From an uncultured bacterium (GTDB lineage: Bacteria; Abyssobacteria; SURF-5): a stretch of 10,495 nucleotides of DNA. The stretch spans positions 1 to 10,495 of the forward strand of contig CAZEBC010000144.1 of assembly GCA_964510165.1 (NCBI GenBank), in the 5' to 3' direction. The notes below the pieces were generated by a model, which worked only from the letters and a program-made list of their open reading frames with translations, searched no databases and was not told where the DNA came from. The stretch's first letter is position 1, and every line of letters starts with the position of its first letter. The position numbers and the translations under genes were made by a program. Of this stretch, positions 6,009-10,495 are shown one piece after another.

Positions 6009-6036
6009 TTGACAAAAACAAAATCGGTGGTATCAT
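6009..6036 (+). promoter_or_regulatory. Sigma70-type promoter of the receiver-domain gene
   Basis: TTGACA (6009-6014), 16 nt, TATCAT (6031-6036), preceded by TGG; AT-rich tract upstream. Confidence 0.75.
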
Positions 6037-6133
6037 TTATTCGTAAATCGTACCTGAAACAGTCTCCACGCCGCAAGTCCCCATGGAAAAAGCGCGAAAG
6101 AATTCTCGCCGAACGGCTCAGGAGCCGCCCACC

Positions 6134-6508
6134 GTGAGAAGGACAATTCTGGTGATTGACAGCGATCCCATCGTAGGAGAGTTGTTGCGCGGCTATCTGG
6201 CGCAACAGAAGGGATTCCAGCTTTTCGAGAGTAAGGCTGGCGCCGAGGGGATTGAGGCGGCGGTCAGGCATTTGCCCGACGTCATTTTTCTTGGGTTCAG
6301 ACTCGATGATATGGGTGGTCTCGAAGCCCACGAAGCGCTTAGGCAGAATCCTGTCACGAAGGACATCCCGGTCATTTACGTATCTTCATTCTTCACGCTT
6401 CGAACCGTCGAAAAGGCAACGGTGAAAGGAGCGAAGGGCTTCATCAGCCGGCCCTTCACCATCTCCAAGATACACAATAAGCTGAACACGGTCCTCGGCC
6501 CCTCTTAA
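6134..6508 (+). CDS. Single-domain response regulator receiver (CheY-like), atypical / pseudo-receiver
   Basis: Receiver fold pattern ILVIDSD...PDVIFLG...MGG...TKDIPVIYVS...GAKGFISRPF. GTG 6134 has SD AGGAG 9 nt upstream; ATG 6083 (track) has no SD but remains an alternative. Confidence 0.88.
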   Translation: MRRTILVIDSDPIVGELLRGYLAQQKGFQLFESKAGAEGIEAAVRHLPDVIFLGFRLDDMGGLEAHEALRQNPVTKDIPVIYVSSFFTLRTVEKATVKGAKGFISRPFTISKIHNKLNTVLGPS

Positions 6509-7194
6509 GTTGTTGCTACATTTCCGCATTCCGAAGTTGAGCGATTCCGGAGCAAGGTTTCAATCGCATCGTGCCGGATGGGGATACCCTTCACGCATCT
6601 GCACTGATTACAATTCTCACACTTTTCGATCCCAAGGGAGACTGCCTGAGCGAGTCGATCCATCTCGTCGCGGGGGTCAAGATGAAGCTGGGCAAGCCTC
6701 ACAAAGACGTATGGCCCACCGAAGCTCTCGTCTTGCCATCTGAAATGCGGACAGCTCGATACGCAACCATAACACTCAAGGCAGCCGATCAGGTGTTTGT
6801 AAGTCTGCGAAATCGGCAGCGGACCAAGCGTCTGCTTAACGGTCGGCCATACAAAGAGCTTCAATTCGGAAATCCTGGAGTCCAGGACGGACCTGTCCAC
6901 GATGAGGTCCCGCAGGGGGGGCAGATTCTTGAGAGGCGAGATTCTCATTTGTTCATGAGCGCTGGTGGCGCATGCGAGGCGAGGGATTCCGTCGACGTTC
7001 AGCGCGCATTCTCCGCACTTAACGCATCGGCAGCCGAACCTGAAGGCAAGCGTCGAGTCATATTCTTCATAGATATACAGCAAGGCTTGGAGGACGGTTG
7101 TCCCCTTTCCCATCGGGACATCATAGCTTTGCGTCTCGAACGTGCCTGATTCTGGCACGTAGCGTTCAATATGCACGTTTCCGCTCGACATCAC
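6505..7194 (-). CDS. Succinate dehydrogenase/fumarate reductase-type iron-sulfur subunit (SdhB/FrdB/TfrB-like)
   Basis: [2Fe-2S] motif CRCVKCGEC...LAC, PLKNLPPLRDLIVD, CLECYGCVSSCP, CENCNQCRC; start (GTG 7194 or ATG 7191) overlaps the flavoprotein stop. Confidence 0.9.
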   Translation of the reverse strand: MMSSGNVHIERYVPESGTFETQSYDVPMGKGTTVLQALLYIYEEYDSTLAFRFGCRCVKCGECALNVDGIPRLACATSAHEQMRISPLKNLPPLRDLIVDRSVLDSRISELKLFVWPTVKQTLGPLPISQTYKHLIGCLECYGCVSSCPHFRWQDESFGGPYVFVRLAQLHLDPRDEMDRLAQAVSLGIEKCENCNQCRCVKGIPIRHDAIETLLRNRSTSECGNVATT

Positions 7195-9002
7195 GCGTCT
7201 TCTCCGAGGTTCAATCGGGCATCAAGGATTCTTGCCTGTGTCTTGCGAGGTAGGGCGCTCAAGATCACGAACTGGATGCGCTCTCTGAGCGGGTTTGGGC
7301 CGCCCCGCGCATCGAGTCGAACCTTCGAGAGGGCGACATCCTCGGTCCCGACTGAAATCCTGCCGTCCTTCATGGATACGAGGACATTCTTGAGCCACTT
7401 CTTGTTGTTTCGGTTCGGATAATCCAGTCTGACATGGCCTCCCCGAGATTCCTCACGTGCGAGGGCAGAACGAGCAAGCGCTTCGGCGGTGCACAGCATC
7501 TTCTCAAGCTCGATTGCGTCAAGCCATTCGGGATTGCACTCTCGTCGCGCGGCAATTCTCATGTCGTTTGAAAGGGCGCGTATCTCAAGTATCTCTGAGA
7601 TGGCGGATTCGAGCCCAGTTCTATCGCGGATGGGGCCGACCTTGTCCCACATTGTTCTTTGGAGCCTGCGGATGAGTTCGATTGGCCTGTAACGGCCGGA
7701 TTGGCCGAGGAATCTCTCGGCAATGGAGCAGAATTCTGGTTCGGCTTCTGGGAAGGACATATGCGGCGCGTTTTTCGCCGCCAGTTCACCGGCGAGACGC
7801 CCAAAAATGAAAAGTTCGGCCAGGGAGGTCGAGCCGATGCGGTTAGCGCCGTGCAGCCCGCCCTGCACCTCTCCGACGGCGAAGAGGTTCTTGAGGCCTT
7901 TAACACGGCAATCGGGATTAACTCTGACGCCGCCCATCTGATAGTGAGCCGTTGGAAATACATCCCACGGGACCTTTCCCTGAGCGGCTTCTTCGCCGTA
8001 GGCCCGGCGGATCGAATCCGTCATGGAGGGAAACGTACTCTTGAGGAAATCGAACATCTTGGCGCCGAGCACCCTGCGCAGATTGGGGGAGAGGTCAAGG
8101 AGCATGCCGCCATATTCAGTCGCCCGGCCTTGCTCTTTAGCGAGGGACATGGCGGCGGCGACTTCTGCCCTGGTTCTGGTTCGAACATTGGATAGTATGA
8201 GGCGCCGTTTCGTGTCGAGGAGTCTGCCGTAGGGACCCGCTATTGCAGGCTCACCGCAGACGATTCCGATCATGGAATCGGGATGCGTAAGGGCGAAGGG
8301 GATGAATTGCTGATGCTCCATGTCGAGCAGTTCAGCGCCGGCCATAAGCGCCAGGGCATAGCCGTCACCTGTTACGGTGCGCATGTTGCTGGTGTGGGGA
8401 TAGAACAGCCAACCCAAGCCGCCGGTCGCGAGAATCGTCTGTTTGGCGGAAACGGCCAGCATCTCGCCGGTGAGCCATTGCAGGCAAAGCGCGCCTGCCA
8501 CTTCATTTCCGCATTGTAGGAGCCGCAGAACGACTGTCTCGTCGAGCACGCGCACGCCGGTTCGCGCGGCGGCGCTTCGGAGTGCCGTGCCGATGGGAAC
8601 GCCTTCGGAATAACCCGGCAGAGTGCGAGGGATACTGTGACCGCCGAGCGGGATGGGCAAGGGGGCGAGCTCCCCCGATTTCTTGCGGGCGAAGGTAAGC
8701 CCGAACTTCTCCATCAAGTCGGTTGCGCGATGCGCGCGCTCACAGAATCGCTCCACCAGAGATTGGTCGTTTAGGAACTCTCCCCCCACGACCATGTCGC
8801 GCATCAAGTTTTCCGGGGAGTCCCTAGGGGAAATGTTGGGGTGCAGAACGAGACCGCCCGCTATTCGGGTGTTGCCACAACCGTACGGCGCTTTCGAGAC
8901 CAGGAGCACTTGTGCGCCCGCCTGTGCGGCGGTTGCGGCGGCAACGATTCCCGCGCCGCCCCCGCCGATGCAGAGGACGTCGCATTGAAGATTCTTGATC
9001 AT
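7191..9002 (-). CDS. SdhA/FrdA/NadB-family FAD-binding oxidoreductase subunit, probably non-covalent FAD, substrate uncertain
   Basis: IGGGGAG, LATGG, TSN..TGDG, DME.QQF.P, PTAHYQMGG, GE..GGLHGANRIG, REESRGGHVRLDYP motifs. Confidence 0.92.
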   Translation of the reverse strand: MIKNLQCDVLCIGGGGAGIVAAATAAQAGAQVLLVSKAPYGCGNTRIAGGLVLHPNISPRDSPENLMRDMVVGGEFLNDQSLVERFCERAHRATDLMEKFGLTFARKKSGELAPLPIPLGGHSIPRTLPGYSEGVPIGTALRSAAARTGVRVLDETVVLRLLQCGNEVAGALCLQWLTGEMLAVSAKQTILATGGLGWLFYPHTSNMRTVTGDGYALALMAGAELLDMEHQQFIPFALTHPDSMIGIVCGEPAIAGPYGRLLDTKRRLILSNVRTRTRAEVAAAMSLAKEQGRATEYGGMLLDLSPNLRRVLGAKMFDFLKSTFPSMTDSIRRAYGEEAAQGKVPWDVFPTAHYQMGGVRVNPDCRVKGLKNLFAVGEVQGGLHGANRIGSTSLAELFIFGRLAGELAAKNAPHMSFPEAEPEFCSIAERFLGQSGRYRPIELIRRLQRTMWDKVGPIRDRTGLESAISEILEIRALSNDMRIAARRECNPEWLDAIELEKMLCTAEALARSALAREESRGGHVRLDYPNRNNKKWLKNVLVSMKDGRISVGTEDVALSKVRLDARGGPNPLRERIQFVILSALPRKTQARILDARLNLGEDA

Positions 9003-9008
9003 CAGGAA

Positions 9009-9350
9009 CTATTCTATCTCGATTTCCTTGACAGCCAGTTCCAGGCCTTCGATGACGTCAATGTCTTTCGACTGGCATTGCGGACAGAGGAACTTGAGGT
9101 CCTGCACCATAAAGATGTCCTCGCAGGATTTGCACTTCGCCTTTATCGGGACTTTCTCGACATCGAGCTTTGCGCCTTCGGCGGGCGTGTCCTTTGTGAT
9201 GAACTCGAAGAAGAAGGAGAGTTGGTCGGGAACGATGCCGCGAAGTTCGCCCGCGCGGATGCGGACGATCCTTATCTTGCGCGCGCCGTTTTTCGCGGCT
9301 TCGGCGAGGGTTATCCTCAGGATGCTCTGGGCGATTGACATTTCGTGCAT
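9009..9350 (-). CDS. hypA: Hydrogenase maturation nickel metallochaperone HypA
   Basis: N-terminal MHE Ni-binding motif, GEL..IVPDQLSFFF, CKSC...CPQC zinc site, G.EL.VKEIEIE C-terminus, 113 aa. Confidence 0.96.
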   Translation of the reverse strand: MHEMSIAQSILRITLAEAAKNGARKIRIVRIRAGELRGIVPDQLSFFFEFITKDTPAEGAKLDVEKVPIKAKCKSCEDIFMVQDLKFLCPQCQSKDIDVIEGLELAVKEIEIE

Positions 9351-9361
9351 AGTGCGTCTTT

Positions 9362-10429
9362 CTACCGGTTTCGTTTTTCCTGCATTATGGAGGACATCAG
9401 GTCGCGGAAGTTGCTTTTTGGGGGTTCGATTTGTTCACGGCGGATCATAGAGAGTGACTCAGTGGGGCAGACCATGTTGCAGAGGCCGCAGCCCAAACAC
9501 TTTTCGGGGTCAACCTCGGCGACCTCATTGACCGTCAGCGCGCCGAAATGGCAGCGGGCCACACAGGCCTCACATGCGACGCAGGTTTCGGCGTCGATGC
9601 TGACGACGAAATGGGATGTTGCGACCGCGTGGGGTTTGTGGAGCCGGGTGATTCCGCCGAGGATCCCGCAACAGCACCCGCAGCAATTGCAGATGAAGTT
9701 TATATGTTTCTGGGTATTATCGGAGAGGTGCACGAGCCCTTCCTGCTCCGACTTGTCAAGCACCTTGTAGGCCTCGTCTTTGGTTATCCGGCGCCCAAAG
9801 CCGCGCTCGACGACAAACTTTGCGAACGGCCCAAACTGGAGGCACACATCTTTGGACCTGCCGCAGGATTTTCCCAACAGTTCCATCTCGTGGCGGCAAT
9901 AACATGTTGCCAGGGCAAGGTAGTCGGCCTCTTCGATGAATTTCGATACCATCTCGTAAGGAAACACCTGGACGCCGCTCGGGATTTCCTTTTCCATGAC
10001 AAGCACCCGGGCCATTTGAGTTTTTGATGAAAACATGTTCTCGCCCCAACCACTGGTGTACATTTCTTCGAACAGCGCAGCCAGTTCCCGCGTTCTCTCG
10101 GTGACCTCGCCCTTCATGAACTGTAGTTCGAAAATGCCCGGCAATAGCGGTAGAATGCTGTAATGGTCCACGCCGTCCCGAACCCGGTGATACACAAGCC
10201 CTTTGTCGGCCATCGACTCGAGAATGGGTTTCAGCTGCGAATCATCCATCCCGATTGTTTCGCAGATTGAGGGTAGGGGAGTAGGAAGCATCGGAAGCTC
10301 GGCGCCCACCTTGGCTTGCTCGGCGGTAAAGAGCGCCTTCAGCAATTCGATGAATTTCTCGCTCAGAGGCGCACCCGCCGGGAATTGGTTGAGCTTGTCG
10401 ATCAGACGAGCGTAAATGCTCCGCGTCAT
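9362..10429 (-). CDS. Cys-rich 4Fe-4S binding protein (about 355 aa): HTH-like N-terminus, CxCR...CNCCGCCC central domain, C-terminal 2x[4Fe-4S] ferredoxin
   Basis: CVACEACVARC and CLGCGLCNMVCP ferredoxin motifs; central ATCYCRH, GLVH, ICNCCGCCCGIL; SD AGGAGG 6 nt upstream of ATG 10429 favours it over 10456. Confidence 0.88.
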   Translation of the reverse strand: MTRSIYARLIDKLNQFPAGAPLSEKFIELLKALFTAEQAKVGAELPMLPTPLPSICETIGMDDSQLKPILESMADKGLVYHRVRDGVDHYSILPLLPGIFELQFMKGEVTERTRELAALFEEMYTSGWGENMFSSKTQMARVLVMEKEIPSGVQVFPYEMVSKFIEEADYLALATCYCRHEMELLGKSCGRSKDVCLQFGPFAKFVVERGFGRRITKDEAYKVLDKSEQEGLVHLSDNTQKHINFICNCCGCCCGILGGITRLHKPHAVATSHFVVSIDAETCVACEACVARCHFGALTVNEVAEVDPEKCLGCGLCNMVCPTESLSMIRREQIEPPKSNFRDLMSSIMQEKRNR

Positions 10430-10439
10430 TGTGATCCTC

Positions 10440-10495
10440 CTAGGATTGGTTTCCAAGATTAAATTTGGGCCAGCGGTTCCAGTCGCCGTTCATCT
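10440..10495 (-). CDS. Possible 3' end of an upstream gene of the same operon (truncated by the window edge)
   Basis: One frame reads ...MNGDWNRWPKFNLGNQS* with TAG overlapping the next gene's SD (TAGGAGG); another frame ends in TAA at 10459-10461. No promoter visible. Frame and identity unresolved. Confidence 0.3.
   Translation of the reverse strand, partial: MNGDWNRWPKFNLGNQS

Noticed and set aside
7191-9002. Assigning the symbol sdhA, frdA or nadB
   Set aside because: Key substrate-binding residues and the covalent-FAD His are missing and no anchor is visible; a dedicated Fe-S partner argues against NadB.
6510-10415. Numerous + strand ORFs of 60-190 aa opposite the redox operon
   Set aside because: Antisense shadows of well-supported genes, with no motifs.
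10440-10495. Upstream fragment as the HypB C-terminus (WxxW pattern)
   Set aside because: Too short, and spacing does not match the HypB GxxxWxxWL ending; frame uncertain.
1-10495. Selenocysteine readthrough or programmed frameshifts
   Set aside because: The recognisable proteins appear full length; TGA stops fall at natural C-termini, and several overlap the next gene's start.

Overview
Bacterial window from a probably anaerobic organism (rich in Fe-S proteins, has hypA). No mobile element, CRISPR array, tRNA or rRNA is recognisable. From left to right: (i) a minus-strand SDR oxidoreductase, followed by a 59-aa zinc-ribbon microprotein missing from the ORF track and a strong hairpin; (ii) a hypothetical zinc-ribbon protein with its own promoter; (iii) a hairpin-dense stretch of about 450 bp holding up to three small ORFs, downstream of a NemR/YxaF-like TetR regulator that is bracketed by two copies of an 18-bp palindrome; (iv) a divergent, overlapping three-gene operon encoding a CX5R phosphatase, a Mut7-C RNase and a MEMO1-AMMECR1 (AmrB-AmrA) fusion with a lipoprotein signal peptide; (v) a stand-alone pseudo-receiver domain lacking the phospho-acceptor Asp; (vi) the 3' part of a minus-strand operon encoding a Cys-rich polyferredoxin-like protein, HypA and an anchorless SdhA/FrdA-like plus SdhB/FrdB-like pair whose dicarboxylate site is altered. 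Blocks iv and vi are the best candidates for undescribed systems. All calls come from reading motifs by eye; no searches were run.
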